The notes beneath the pieces are model-generated. The model had not been told where the DNA came from. It made no database searches and worked only from the letters and a program-made list of their open reading frames with translations. Position numbers and translations under genes: made by a program. Positions 47,507-57,916 of a stretch of DNA of 64,000 bases are shown here, piece by piece; within the stretch, counting starts at the first letter, position 1, and every line of letters begins with the position of its first letter. Where the stretch lies: IMG/VR virus record IMGVR_UViG_3300043399_000877, positions 186,001-250,000 of that record. The stretch is one strand, 5' to 3'.

Positions 47507-49167
47507 TGAGTTATCGTATTAATAAAACAGACGGAAGTTTGTTAGTAAATCTTATAGACGGTAGAATTGACCGAGATACTGCTGATGTTGCATTATTTGG
47601 AAAAAATGTAACAAGTTTTGGTGAGCTGCTAAACGAAAACTTTGTAAAATTAACTGAAAACTTTGCTAACTCTGCGCCTCCAGCAAATCCATTACGTGGA
47701 CAACTTTGGTTTGATACTAGTGAAAACCGTATGAAAGTTTTTGACGGGATACAATTTAAATCTACCGATACTACAGTAATAAGTACCTCCATGCCAATTA
47801 TGACAGCCGGAGACCTATGGATAGACTCTAGAAATAGGCAAATATATTTTTCAGATGGTAATGTAACACAACTTATTGGTCCAGCATACACGGCTTCACA
47901 AGGTGAATCCGGTTTTAAAATAGAAACAGTATTTGATGTTGCTGGAAATCCAAAAGTAATAGCCAAATTACTTATTGGTGGATCACTAATAGCAATTTTT
48001 AGTAAAGAAGAATTTACTCCCAATGCTACACAGATAGGGTTTACAGGTAACATAAAAAAAGGTATAAGTTTAAGTTCACTTTATACAGATTTTAAATTTT
48101 TTGGACAAGCTGAATCTGCTACCTCTTTATCTGACCCTGCGGGAAATTTATTAAATATTGACACCTTTTACAAAACAAACCAGAATACGACTGTGACTGG
48201 CTCGTTGTATATAAAGAATAACTCTGGTTTGCGTGTGGGCGCAAACAGCAATCATACAATACAACTATTAAATAACAATATAGTTGCACAAAATAACATA
48301 TTAAATCAAAATTACTCAATAAGAGTGACTAGGGGCAACGGAACAACTGACGCAGTATTTGTTAACACAGCCAATTCAAGAGTGGGTATATTTAGGAACA
48401 ACCCCCAATACACACTTGATGTGGCTGGTGACATGAGAGTATCCGGAAACCTTATAGTAGGCGGCGACAGTATATCACTCCAAGTTGGAAATTTAGAAGT
48501 TGAAAATAAGATAATTTATCTTTCAGTCGCAAATCCGTTGCTTTCCGACACTGACTTAAATGGATCGGGGATGATTATACGGGGATTAGTATCGGATAAA
48601 TCGTTTACATGGAAAGATTTGTCGGATTCCTGGTATAGTTCAGAAAACATTGAGATTCCATCTGACAAAACATACAAAATTGGTGTAGAAAATGTTCTCA
48701 GCCTAACCGCATTGGGCGAATCAGTAACTGATGCACTGGGTTTGCTGAGAATTGGTAAACTTGAATCTTTAGAAGTAGACGAGATACAATTAAACGGCTC
48801 AACAATAACCACTACTACACCTCTCGTAATAGCTAGTTCTGGTAATATAACAATAACCAATAATCGAAAAATAACAGGTTTGGGAAATCCAACATCAAAT
48901 CAAGATGCCTCAAACAAGTTGTATGTTGACAACAGCCACAAATCACAATCAGTTGCACTTTCATTAGATATAACCGGGCTCGATAATACCCAAATAGCAA
49001 GTATAATTGAAGATTTGGTTCCGGCAGCATCCAAAAATGCGAGCGTTACAGCAAAAATACATACAGTTATTAGATCTGGTGCATCAACACTGCGTGGACT
49101 CAAACAATTTATTGTTGTTTCTGGTTCATGGGTTTTTGACCAAGATTTGGTATCTAGCGTTAACTGA
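47506..49167 (+). CDS. Tail fibre / virion structural protein (paralogous N-terminal attachment domain)
   Basis: Shares the 'GK....G...ENF..L.ENFA...P..P..GQ.WFD' N-terminus with 45443 and 49200. Confidence 0.75.
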   Translation: MSYRINKTDGSLLVNLIDGRIDRDTADVALFGKNVTSFGELLNENFVKLTENFANSAPPANPLRGQLWFDTSENRMKVFDGIQFKSTDTTVISTSMPIMTAGDLWIDSRNRQIYFSDGNVTQLIGPAYTASQGESGFKIETVFDVAGNPKVIAKLLIGGSLIAIFSKEEFTPNATQIGFTGNIKKGISLSSLYTDFKFFGQAESATSLSDPAGNLLNIDTFYKTNQNTTVTGSLYIKNNSGLRVGANSNHTIQLLNNNIVAQNNILNQNYSIRVTRGNGTTDAVFVNTANSRVGIFRNNPQYTLDVAGDMRVSGNLIVGGDSISLQVGNLEVENKIIYLSVANPLLSDTDLNGSGMIIRGLVSDKSFTWKDLSDSWYSSENIEIPSDKTYKIGVENVLSLTALGESVTDALGLLRIGKLESLEVDEIQLNGSTITTTTPLVIASSGNITITNNRKITGLGNPTSNQDASNKLYVDNSHKSQSVALSLDITGLDNTQIASIIEDLVPAASKNASVTAKIHTVIRSGASTLRGLKQFIVVSGSWVFDQDLVSSVN

Positions 49168-49199
49168 TAAATACAGTATCACATAAGGACTAAGAACAC

Positions 49200-50714
49200 A
49201 TGGCTTATATAATAAACAGATTTAACGGCACTGTCCTAACTACTGTTGAAGACGGCACCATTAACCAGACAACTGATTTAAAGTTTATTGGTAAAAATTA
49301 CTCCGGGTACGGAGAAGCCCAAAACGAAAATCTTGTTTTCTTGCTAGAAAACTTTGCAGGAGCAACTCCTCCCCCAAGAGCACTAAGTGGTCAAATATGG
49401 TTTGATGCAGTTGCAAGTAAAATCAAGTTTTATGACGGTGTTAAATGGAGAACTGCCGGAACTGCGGAAGTTTCAAATAATGAACCAGTTGGATTAGTTG
49501 AAGGAGATCTGTGGTATAAGCCAACCACACGTCAGCTGTACGCAAGAACTGGTGATAATAACTTTGTTCTTATTGGTCCACAAGTTGCAGGAACGGATAC
49601 AACCCAGCTAGTAAGTGATACTGTAGTAGACTCGACTAGCGTAGTACGTCCCATAATTAAAGCTACCGTAAATGGTGTAGTTGTGTTTGTGACAAGTAAT
49701 ACTGAATTTACGTTGTCTCAAACTGACCCAATACCGGGATTTGACGTTATAAAACGTGGTATTACTTTGGTGAATACTCTTGCTAATACAAACGGTGTTA
49801 CCACAAATGCTGGGCAATCAGGTCAGCCTATTATATGGGGAACAGCTAGTAATGCTCTATTATTAAATGGTAAGACTGCTGCCGATTTTGCTACAATAGA
49901 AAATAATACATTTACTACAGTTGTAAACTTCCCAGATGATGGTATAGATATTGACGATCGTTATAAAATTTACGTTGGTTCCGAAGGTAATGGACGGCAT
50001 GACCTGTATGGTGCTAAACTTATAAGATTTGCCGTTACAAATATTGATAATAACGAAACTACCCCCACACTTATTGTTAAGGTAGCACCAGACGGATTCC
50101 ATCCAGAAACAACCGATTTGTTTAATCTTGGAAAACCGAGTCTGCGTTGGTCCAAAGTATATGCTGAAGAGTTTATTGGAACAGTTTCTCAATCTGATAA
50201 GCTAAAACTCGGAACTAGTTACATAAACGCATCAACTGTTGCAACACCAAATACAATTGCAGCAAGAACTACGGCAGATGAAACAATAAATGGCCAAACA
50301 ATAACTGCTGGCGCGCTAAAGGCAACTTTCTTTGTTGGAAGAGCAACACAGGCACAATACGCAGACTTGGCAGAAAAGTATACTACTGATCAAAAATATC
50401 CAACTGGAACTGTTATGACAGTATGTGATCATGGTGAACATGAAACAGAAGCATGCAGTGAAACATCAATTGCAGTTGGTGTAATTTCAGAAAAACCAGC
50501 ATATCTTATGAATTCAGAAATTGACGGCCAACCATTGGCACTTAAGGGACGAGTTCCGGTAAGAGTTGTTGGACCAGTAAAAAAAGGTCAAGCAGTTTAC
50601 ACTTTTGAGAACGGAACGGCTTCAACAAAAATTACTGGAAGTTTAGTGGGTGTTGCATTGGAATCAAATTTTGATGCTGCTGAGAAGTTAGTTGAGTGTG
50701 TTTTAAAGCTATAA
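49200..50714 (+). CDS. Tail fibre / virion structural protein with C-terminal intramolecular-chaperone (peptidase G2-like) domain
   Basis: Paralogous N-terminus; C-terminal ADLAEKY...VGVISEKPAYLMN...ALKGRVPVRV motif; late TAAATA at 49168-49173. Confidence 0.75.
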   Translation: MAYIINRFNGTVLTTVEDGTINQTTDLKFIGKNYSGYGEAQNENLVFLLENFAGATPPPRALSGQIWFDAVASKIKFYDGVKWRTAGTAEVSNNEPVGLVEGDLWYKPTTRQLYARTGDNNFVLIGPQVAGTDTTQLVSDTVVDSTSVVRPIIKATVNGVVVFVTSNTEFTLSQTDPIPGFDVIKRGITLVNTLANTNGVTTNAGQSGQPIIWGTASNALLLNGKTAADFATIENNTFTTVVNFPDDGIDIDDRYKIYVGSEGNGRHDLYGAKLIRFAVTNIDNNETTPTLIVKVAPDGFHPETTDLFNLGKPSLRWSKVYAEEFIGTVSQSDKLKLGTSYINASTVATPNTIAARTTADETINGQTITAGALKATFFVGRATQAQYADLAEKYTTDQKYPTGTVMTVCDHGEHETEACSETSIAVGVISEKPAYLMNSEIDGQPLALKGRVPVRVVGPVKKGQAVYTFENGTASTKITGSLVGVALESNFDAAEKLVECVLKL

Positions 50715-50738
50715 ATAGTTAAAATTTAGGAAAGTTTA

Positions 50739-51629
50739 ATGACTGTCGGATCATTAATTACAGCAGCAAGATATAATGCTATGCAATCAAAAGTTGCAAA
50801 TGTTCTTGGCGTCGGTCAAGAGCAATTTGGCTATGGGCAAATAGTTTCTAGTACACAACTAAGTGTAAGGTCAGTAGTAACTGAGCTAGAAATGCAAAAG
50901 TTAAAAACAGACATTGAAAAAACACATGTGCACCAATTTGGTGCACTACCTTCCGTACCAACCATAACCAACACACAGCTAATAACAAACGCTCAATATA
51001 CTAGTTATGAAACGGCTTCTGAATCTGTTTTAACAAATAAAAACCTAATACATCCCACACAGGCAAGTTTAGAAAACAAAATACAGTCTACTAGATCTTT
51101 ACCGTGGGGAGTTATTACTAGAGACGATACAATAGTTCATCGTGTAAGAGTACAATTTAATTCGACCAACCATGCAAGATATTTTTTTAATGCTGGTGGA
51201 GAAATAAGATTTTCAGCTAATATAGCAAATGGTACAGGATTCAAAACAGCAAACTGGGCAAATACGCTTAACTCTATAGGAACTGTTCGATTTGATTATA
51301 GAAGGACATATGCCGGGAACCTACCTGTCAGAAACATTGGATTTTTTCAATTAACAACAGAATATCAAACAGTGTTTGTTAAAGGTAATACCGATTTATA
51401 TCAAAATCCAACCGATCCTTATGAGAGCAATTACTATATGATAGATGCTCGACTTAGCGACAGCCTAAAAGATATTATTTTTAGAATAACATTTTATGAT
51501 GGTAACTCAAACGAGTACGATGAGTCAGTAAATGGCACACTAACCAGTAGTGTTTCACAGTATCGCCCGACCGGAAATTACGTCGAGGTCGCAACACCCG
51601 GTTATGTAAACGAAGTGCTGTTAGTATAA
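50739..51629 (+). CDS. Virion structural protein
   Basis: ITAARYN, ARYFFNAGGEIRFS motifs; exact TATAAATA at 50710-50717; AGGA SD. Confidence 0.7.
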   Translation: MTVGSLITAARYNAMQSKVANVLGVGQEQFGYGQIVSSTQLSVRSVVTELEMQKLKTDIEKTHVHQFGALPSVPTITNTQLITNAQYTSYETASESVLTNKNLIHPTQASLENKIQSTRSLPWGVITRDDTIVHRVRVQFNSTNHARYFFNAGGEIRFSANIANGTGFKTANWANTLNSIGTVRFDYRRTYAGNLPVRNIGFFQLTTEYQTVFVKGNTDLYQNPTDPYESNYYMIDARLSDSLKDIIFRITFYDGNSNEYDESVNGTLTSSVSQYRPTGNYVEVATPGYVNEVLLV

Positions 51630-51691
51630 CCATATTTGAGAACTAATACGAGTATCCCAGTTATATACTTTGTATAATATGGGATATTTCT

Positions 51692-52039
51692 ATGGACGAA
51701 AATTTAAAAAAAGCTCTTGAGTATAGCAAGTATATGATAACTCTAAATAATCAAAAAAGAGTTATATTAGAACAATACAACGAAAATTTAAATTTTTACT
51801 TTAACGGTGGAAAATTTTTTATTAGCCAGCAATTATTAAGTTTTTGTAAGACTCTATTAGATTGCAATCAAAAATCTGTTGTATTAATAGATGATGATGG
51901 AATCCCCATAGAGATAGCCGACCTAGAATCATTTTTGAAATCTATACTATCTCAGTATTCATCGGTTTCTAACAAATATTTGGCAGAATACCAAAAATTG
52001 GCAAAACAACGAAGTGTGCAGGGAATAGTTAGCTTATGA
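51692..52039 (+). CDS. Hypothetical protein
   Basis: 115-aa ORF coupled to the glycosyltransferase-like genes; YFNGG.F and IDD...PI.I.DL motifs. Confidence 0.7.
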   Translation: MDENLKKALEYSKYMITLNNQKRVILEQYNENLNFYFNGGKFFISQQLLSFCKTLLDCNQKSVVLIDDDGIPIEIADLESFLKSILSQYSSVSNKYLAEYQKLAKQRSVQGIVSL

Positions 52040-52881
52040 GTCGAGGAGTATTACTTATAGCAAATAATAATTCAAATATCGATTATTTGTTGCAAGCTAT
52101 AAATTCTGCAAAACGCATTAAAAAGTATACTAGTTTGCCAGTGACATTGGTGACTGAAACTCCGGAAATATTAAACACTGAGTATAAAAAAGAAAAAAAC
52201 GTTTTCGATAGAGTCATAGCGTTAAAACCAACTTCTGATTATACTAAAAAAATTTATAGAGATGGGGAAAACCAAACAAAATCGTTGGATTTTAAAAATA
52301 CAACTCGTTCTAAAATATACGATCTTACACCATATGATGAAACATTAGCACTAGATACTGACGTGATTATTTCTAATGACAATTTTTTAAAATGTTTTGA
52401 ACAAAAACACGATTTCTTGATTTATAAAAAGTCTTTTGATGTATGCGCCCACAGACATATAAAAGAATTTGATAACATAGTGGATCAAGGCATAGAGTTC
52501 TATTGGGCTACCTGTGTGTTTTTTAGAAAAACTGCAACTAATGAAATATTTTTTAACTTGATAAAGCACATACACGAAAATTACCTGCATTACAAAAATC
52601 TTTATTATGTTACATCGGGAATTTTTAGAAATGACTTTGTTTTCAGTATAGCTATTCATATTATGAATGGTTACCAAAAAGGAGACTTTGCAAAATCTAT
52701 GCCAGGCACTTTGTACTTTTCTTCTGACAAAGACGAGCTTGTGTATTTGAATGACAATCAATTAATTTTGTTACTTGAAAGCACGTCCAATAAGGAACAG
52801 TCAATAGTATCCCTTACAAACGCAAATGTCCATGTAATGAATAAATTTAGTATTGAAAGAATATTAAAAAATGACAGTTAA
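52036..52881 (+). CDS. GT-A fold nucleotide-diphospho-sugar transferase (GT8-like)
   Basis: DY...A..SAKRIK, TPYDETLALDTD (DxD) and FRND..FSIA motifs. Confidence 0.7.
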   Translation: MSRGVLLIANNNSNIDYLLQAINSAKRIKKYTSLPVTLVTETPEILNTEYKKEKNVFDRVIALKPTSDYTKKIYRDGENQTKSLDFKNTTRSKIYDLTPYDETLALDTDVIISNDNFLKCFEQKHDFLIYKKSFDVCAHRHIKEFDNIVDQGIEFYWATCVFFRKTATNEIFFNLIKHIHENYLHYKNLYYVTSGIFRNDFVFSIAIHIMNGYQKGDFAKSMPGTLYFSSDKDELVYLNDNQLILLLESTSNKEQSIVSLTNANVHVMNKFSIERILKNDS

Positions 52882-53707
52882 TTTTACTATGATGGCACAA
52901 AACAGTGATGTTGATTATGTTCAACAAGCAGCAGTTTGTGCTATGAGTATAAAAAACTCAATACCTGATAGCAAAGTATGCCTAATAACCAACGATGTAG
53001 TACCATCCAAATATAAATCATTATTTTCTGATATAGTAGAAATTCCCTGGGAAGATTTTTCAAAAAACAAAACATGGAAAATACAGAACAGATGGAAAAG
53101 TTATCATGCATGCCCATATGAGTCTACTATAATTTTAGACACTGACATGCTTGTTCTAGATGATATAACAAATTGGTGGAATGAATTACAAAAATATGAT
53201 TTGTATTTTGTTTCAGAACCAAAAACTTATAGACAAAACACGGTATCAAGTGTATATTATCGACAGGCGTTTGTAAATCATCAGTTGCCTAATGTTTATA
53301 CTGGATTTCATTTTTTTAAAAAAACGGATTCAGCACACACATTTTATAAATGGTTAGAACTTGTAATGAATAACTGGGAATTATTTCATGGGCAATTTGC
53401 TGGTGGTGCTTATTTTCAAAAATTCTTAAGCATGGATGTTAGTGCTGCTATTGTTACAAAAATATTAGATTGGGAAAGATTTGTGACTTCCAAAAACGGA
53501 CCTTACTTTGTTCATATGAAATCACAATGCCAAGATTGGAATAAGTTTCTCGGAGATTCATGGCAAACATACGTGAAATCTTTTGTTACTGACAATTTAC
53601 AACTTTATGTTGGCAACTATCGGCAATCTGGAGTATTTCACTATACCGAAGACAGCTTTTTAACTCCAAACATAATAAAAAAATATGAAAAGGTGTTGGG
53701 AATATGA
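52871..53707 (+). CDS. GT-A fold nucleotide-diphospho-sugar transferase (GT8-like), paralogue of 52036
   Basis: DY...A...AMSIK, CPYESTIILDTD (DxD), FVHMK and FHY motifs. Confidence 0.7.
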   Translation: MTVNFTMMAQNSDVDYVQQAAVCAMSIKNSIPDSKVCLITNDVVPSKYKSLFSDIVEIPWEDFSKNKTWKIQNRWKSYHACPYESTIILDTDMLVLDDITNWWNELQKYDLYFVSEPKTYRQNTVSSVYYRQAFVNHQLPNVYTGFHFFKKTDSAHTFYKWLELVMNNWELFHGQFAGGAYFQKFLSMDVSAAIVTKILDWERFVTSKNGPYFVHMKSQCQDWNKFLGDSWQTYVKSFVTDNLQLYVGNYRQSGVFHYTEDSFLTPNIIKKYEKVLGI

Positions 53708-54273
53708 CACAAACCTTTACGGTTCCCATGTATGTGCATTTTGATGAAAGTGGAAATGTATTAAAAATAACAAACTATAAATCTGAAGACAGTAGTTATA
53801 TCACAGTTACCTATCATGACGTAGAAAAAATTCTTGATGGTACCGAAACTATGAGTAATTTTTCTGTTAAAAAAGATAGTAGTAATATTTTTAAATTAGT
53901 AAAAAATTTAGCATATGATACAAACAACTATGATGTTGATCAGCGCATATATGCAATTCCTAAAAATAATCCCGGAGCAACTTTAAAAATATATCAGGAT
54001 GTAAAAAATAAAGAATGGATTTTTGACGTTGATCCTGATTTTAGAAAGTCGTATTTTGAAAATCAGTTTATAATTGATAACAGGATGTTTTTTAGTATAA
54101 CTGCAAGCGGTGATCCTAATGTCCTTTATCGATTTGTACAAATTAACTTTGCAGACGTAGTAAAACACAAAAAAGTTTTAAAGTTCATTACAGATGATGA
54201 ACAAAATAAAAATATTGAAATATACACGCATAAGAAAATAGACTCTTATACTCACGAGGTAATAAATGAATAA
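53704..54273 (+). CDS. Hypothetical protein
   Basis: 189-aa ORF coupled on both sides; FSIT..GDPN.LY motif. Confidence 0.7.
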   Translation: MTQTFTVPMYVHFDESGNVLKITNYKSEDSSYITVTYHDVEKILDGTETMSNFSVKKDSSNIFKLVKNLAYDTNNYDVDQRIYAIPKNNPGATLKIYQDVKNKEWIFDVDPDFRKSYFENQFIIDNRMFFSITASGDPNVLYRFVQINFADVVKHKKVLKFITDDEQNKNIEIYTHKKIDSYTHEVINE

Positions 54274-55183
54274 GAAATTTAAAGTTTTAGACTATGATAT
54301 AATATACTTGAGTTACGATGAACCAAATGCTGAAAAGAATTATGCGGATTTACTTAAAAAAGTTCCCTGGGCAAAACGAGTTCACGGTGTTGAGGGGTCT
54401 GATGCTGCACATAAGGCTTGTGCAAATTTAAGCGAAACCGATAGATTTATCACAGTTGACGGTGATAACATAATTCGCAGTGAGTTTTTATCTCAAGAAA
54501 TCGACTTTGATCAACATAAAGATTTGGAAAGTTGTGTTATAAGTTGGACAGCCCGAAATACCATAAACGGATTAATGTATGGAAATGGCGGAATAAAATG
54601 TTGGCCAAAGAAATATGTTTTAAACATGAAAACTCATGAAAATGCTGATCCAAACAATCCACATGCACAAGTTGATTTTTGTTGGGATGTGGAATACATA
54701 CAAATGAACAGTTGTTTTAGTGAAATACACAACAATGCAACGCCACAACAAGCATGGCGCGCTGGTTTTCGTGAAGGCGTTAAAATGGCACTGGATCGTG
54801 GTGTAAAACCTTCTATTGATGTTTTTCATAAAAATCATTGGAAAAATATGCATAGACTTTACATTTGGTTAATGGTTGGGGCAGACGCAGCGAATGGTGA
54901 TTGGGCAATATATGGTGCCCGACAGGGGCTAATTAAAACAATGCTCAGCGATTGGGATTACGTAAATGTTAGGAATTTCAAATGGCTCAACGATTTTTGG
55001 ATTAACGAAGTACAACATGTATCTGATATAAATGCGGATACTATCGAGTTTGGGCATATAATAAAAAACGAGTTGTCGCTGCCCATATCTGAAATGCCAC
55101 TTAACTCAGATCAAAGTAAGTTTTTTAAAACAGTTTACCAAAATCCACCTAGAGTTTCTCAAAAAATAATAGACAAAGAGTAA
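54266..55183 (+). CDS. Glycosyltransferase-like protein (GT-A, DxD)
   Basis: YDIIYLSYDEPNAE.NY, SD.AHKA, RFITVDGDN and AWRAGFREGVK motifs. Confidence 0.65.
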   Translation: MNKKFKVLDYDIIYLSYDEPNAEKNYADLLKKVPWAKRVHGVEGSDAAHKACANLSETDRFITVDGDNIIRSEFLSQEIDFDQHKDLESCVISWTARNTINGLMYGNGGIKCWPKKYVLNMKTHENADPNNPHAQVDFCWDVEYIQMNSCFSEIHNNATPQQAWRAGFREGVKMALDRGVKPSIDVFHKNHWKNMHRLYIWLMVGADAANGDWAIYGARQGLIKTMLSDWDYVNVRNFKWLNDFWINEVQHVSDINADTIEFGHIIKNELSLPISEMPLNSDQSKFFKTVYQNPPRVSQKIIDKE

Positions 55184-55187
55184 TATA

Positions 55188-56723
55188 ATGACTAACATTG
55201 ATAGCACAAATTGGGATAGAAACTCATCCGGTGAAATTATTAGAAATACTGAAAATGTAGAAAAATTAAAACCAATTTTGAATGCAGTTGGTCCGGGATT
55301 TTGTTTGGCAAAATTTACCCAAGTTAGTCTTCACTTGGGCACAGGATTGGTCCATAGTTGCCATCACCCAACACCACATAAGATTCCATTAGATGAACTA
55401 GAAAAAAATCCTGCTGCTTTGTTTAATACTGCTATTTTAAAATCTGCAAGATCAGAAATGTTAACTGGTGGTAAACCGTCTGAATGTGACTATTGTTGGA
55501 GAATTGAAAAAAATGGCGGTACAAGTGACCGGCATCATAAAAGTCTTGAACCCTGGGCATTGGATAACTTTGAAAATGTTATCTCACTTTCTGGTAAGGA
55601 ATTTATAAAACCAACCTACTTGGAAGTCAGCTTTGGTAACACTTGTAATTTAGCGTGTGCGTATTGCGGACCAGAGTTTAGTAGTAAGTGGGTTGAAGAG
55701 TTAAAACAGCAAGGGCCAATAATTATACGTGATTCCGGAAATAGCGATCAATGGGCGCAAGGCTGGCAGGATCTTGAAAATTTGTCATACCTAAATCGAG
55801 AGCATAATCCGTATGTTGAAGCTTTTTGGTCATGGTTTCCTGAAATATACCCAACTTTAAAACACTTTAGGATTACTGGCGGTGAACCGTTATTAAACAA
55901 AAATACTATGAAAAGTTTGGATTATATAATAGAAAATCCTCGTCCAGATCTCGAGTTGAGTATTAACACAAACTTATCGGTACCAGATGCAGTATGGGAT
56001 AGATTCTTAAATAAGATCATAACTCTTGAAAAGTCTTCAAAATTTAAAAAGATAACAATATTTACAAGCTTTGAGGGCTGGGAAGAACGGGCAACCTACA
56101 GTAGGCACGGTCTTGACTTTCAAAAACTTATATCTCGCTTTGAAGAACTTCTTGAAAAAACCGGTGTTCGATGTGTTGTAATGGCAACATATAACATACT
56201 TGCAATAACAAGTTTTCAAAAAGTTCTTGAATGGATCTTAGATCTAAAAGCTCGATTTAATAAAAATCACTATCGCACAGCACTGTATGAAAAAACAGGA
56301 TATGACTTTACAAATTCAGTTAAAAATATAGAAAATAGTTTTAGAGTGGGAATAGACGTTCCATATTTAAGACATCCTGAATGGTTAGATGTAATGTATT
56401 GTTCAGATGAGTTATTTGAAAAATACATGTTTCCAACATACGAGTTCATGGCAAAAAATACTGGGCATACTGAAGTCATGCAACACTATGGTTTTGAACC
56501 AGTTGAAACCAGTAAATTTGAAAGAATTGTTATGAATCGAGCATATTTTTTAAAAAAAGGGTTAGACGACAGTGTTCGAGATGATATTGTTAAAAATAGA
56601 TCAAAATTTTATGATTTTATAAACCAATTAGATTCTAGAAGAAATACTGATTTTGCTAAAACTTATCCAGAAATGGAAAATTTTTATAAATTGTGTAAAG
56701 AAAATAGGAATTTGTTAAAATGA
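55188..56723 (+). CDS. Radical SAM protein with N-terminal auxiliary Fe-S (twitch-like) motifs
   Basis: CNLACAYC (CxxxCxxC), ITGGEPL, INTN; N-terminal CLAK...SCHHP and ECDYCW. Confidence 0.9.
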   Translation: MTNIDSTNWDRNSSGEIIRNTENVEKLKPILNAVGPGFCLAKFTQVSLHLGTGLVHSCHHPTPHKIPLDELEKNPAALFNTAILKSARSEMLTGGKPSECDYCWRIEKNGGTSDRHHKSLEPWALDNFENVISLSGKEFIKPTYLEVSFGNTCNLACAYCGPEFSSKWVEELKQQGPIIIRDSGNSDQWAQGWQDLENLSYLNREHNPYVEAFWSWFPEIYPTLKHFRITGGEPLLNKNTMKSLDYIIENPRPDLELSINTNLSVPDAVWDRFLNKIITLEKSSKFKKITIFTSFEGWEERATYSRHGLDFQKLISRFEELLEKTGVRCVVMATYNILAITSFQKVLEWILDLKARFNKNHYRTALYEKTGYDFTNSVKNIENSFRVGIDVPYLRHPEWLDVMYCSDELFEKYMFPTYEFMAKNTGHTEVMQHYGFEPVETSKFERIVMNRAYFLKKGLDDSVRDDIVKNRSKFYDFINQLDSRRNTDFAKTYPEMENFYKLCKENRNLLK

Positions 56724-57916
56724 AAATACCTATGTACTTTGACTTTATTCAAAATGACGGAAATATAGAAAAGTTAAATGCAGTTGATATCACAATAAGT
56801 AAAAAATGTGCTGAGGGAAGCAATGCCTTAACAATGTTAGAAATTCAAGATCCTAAATCTGAAATAGAATTTATAAAAGAAAATTATTCAGGGTTTTTTT
56901 ATTATCCTATTTATTGGGTTTATAATGACATATATTTGAAATCTTTAACAATTCCAAAATTTGTGTTAAATGCAATTTCTAAAAATAAAGCGAAGATATT
57001 AATAGTTAACCTGTATGAGGGTTACGATATTTCAAATGCAGTTCGAGAGAATGTGTTATTAAAATTTAGTTTATCATTTGAAAATATTGTGCTTATGACT
57101 GGAAATAAATTTAAAATAGACGGGATAAACTCGATATACAATAATTATTGGGAACACATAGCGTCTTATGGGAACAAGTCACCGAGTAGTCTGTTTAACA
57201 AAGCACATAATTCAATATTTACTAAGAATAACTACCGGAAACACAAATTTATTTGCCTTCAAAGAAGACCAAAGCCATATCGTGTTGCATTATATTCTGA
57301 ATTATTTCCATATCGAGATATGGGAATTTTAACTTTAGGTCGTGGTGATTATGGAACCCACACATATAACAGATTTTATGATATAAATTTGTTTGGTGAC
57401 TCTTTCAAAGATAGCCATAAAAAATTTAAAAAAAACAAGTTGATATCAACGTTGCCCGCTGTGTATGATGTAGATGTTTCTTTAGAAAATCCTGCTTTTG
57501 ACGACGACGATGAAAAGTTTTATTCAGCATATCTGCATATAGTTTCTGAAACTTTTTTTGAAAAAGATACTAATACAACATTTTTTAGTGAAAAAGTATT
57601 CAAACCAATAGTATGTTTTCAACCATTTATAATGTTTAACCAGCACAATACTTTGGAAGAGTTTCGTTCGTTGGGATATGAAACTTTTCCTGACGTCATT
57701 GATGAAGCATATGACAAAATTCAAGATGATGAAAAAAGATTTTACACAGCGGTATCGTCAACTATTAATTTTATAAACCAAAACAACAAAACACTTTCTA
57801 AAATAATGAAAAAATTATTTCCAGTAATGGCACATAATTTTTACAATTTATTTTACACGGCTAATACAAAACAGGCTAAAATAAAAGCTGAACTGATATC
57901 TTTATTATATAACTAA
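56720..57916 (+). CDS. Putative GT-B glycosyltransferase (ET.F..SEK..KP family)
   Basis: HIVSETFF...FSEKVFKPI...QPF...L..LGYETF..VIDEAYD. Confidence 0.55.
   Translation: MKIPMYFDFIQNDGNIEKLNAVDITISKKCAEGSNALTMLEIQDPKSEIEFIKENYSGFFYYPIYWVYNDIYLKSLTIPKFVLNAISKNKAKILIVNLYEGYDISNAVRENVLLKFSLSFENIVLMTGNKFKIDGINSIYNNYWEHIASYGNKSPSSLFNKAHNSIFTKNNYRKHKFICLQRRPKPYRVALYSELFPYRDMGILTLGRGDYGTHTYNRFYDINLFGDSFKDSHKKFKKNKLISTLPAVYDVDVSLENPAFDDDDEKFYSAYLHIVSETFFEKDTNTTFFSEKVFKPIVCFQPFIMFNQHNTLEEFRSLGYETFPDVIDEAYDKIQDDEKRFYTAVSSTINFINQNNKTLSKIMKKLFPVMAHNFYNLFYTANTKQAKIKAELISLLYN

Noticed and set aside
51652-51686. TATCCCA...TGGGATA hairpin after the last fibre gene as a terminator
   Set aside because: The stem is interrupted and AT-rich and has no following U-tract; it may be a processing site but cannot be supported.
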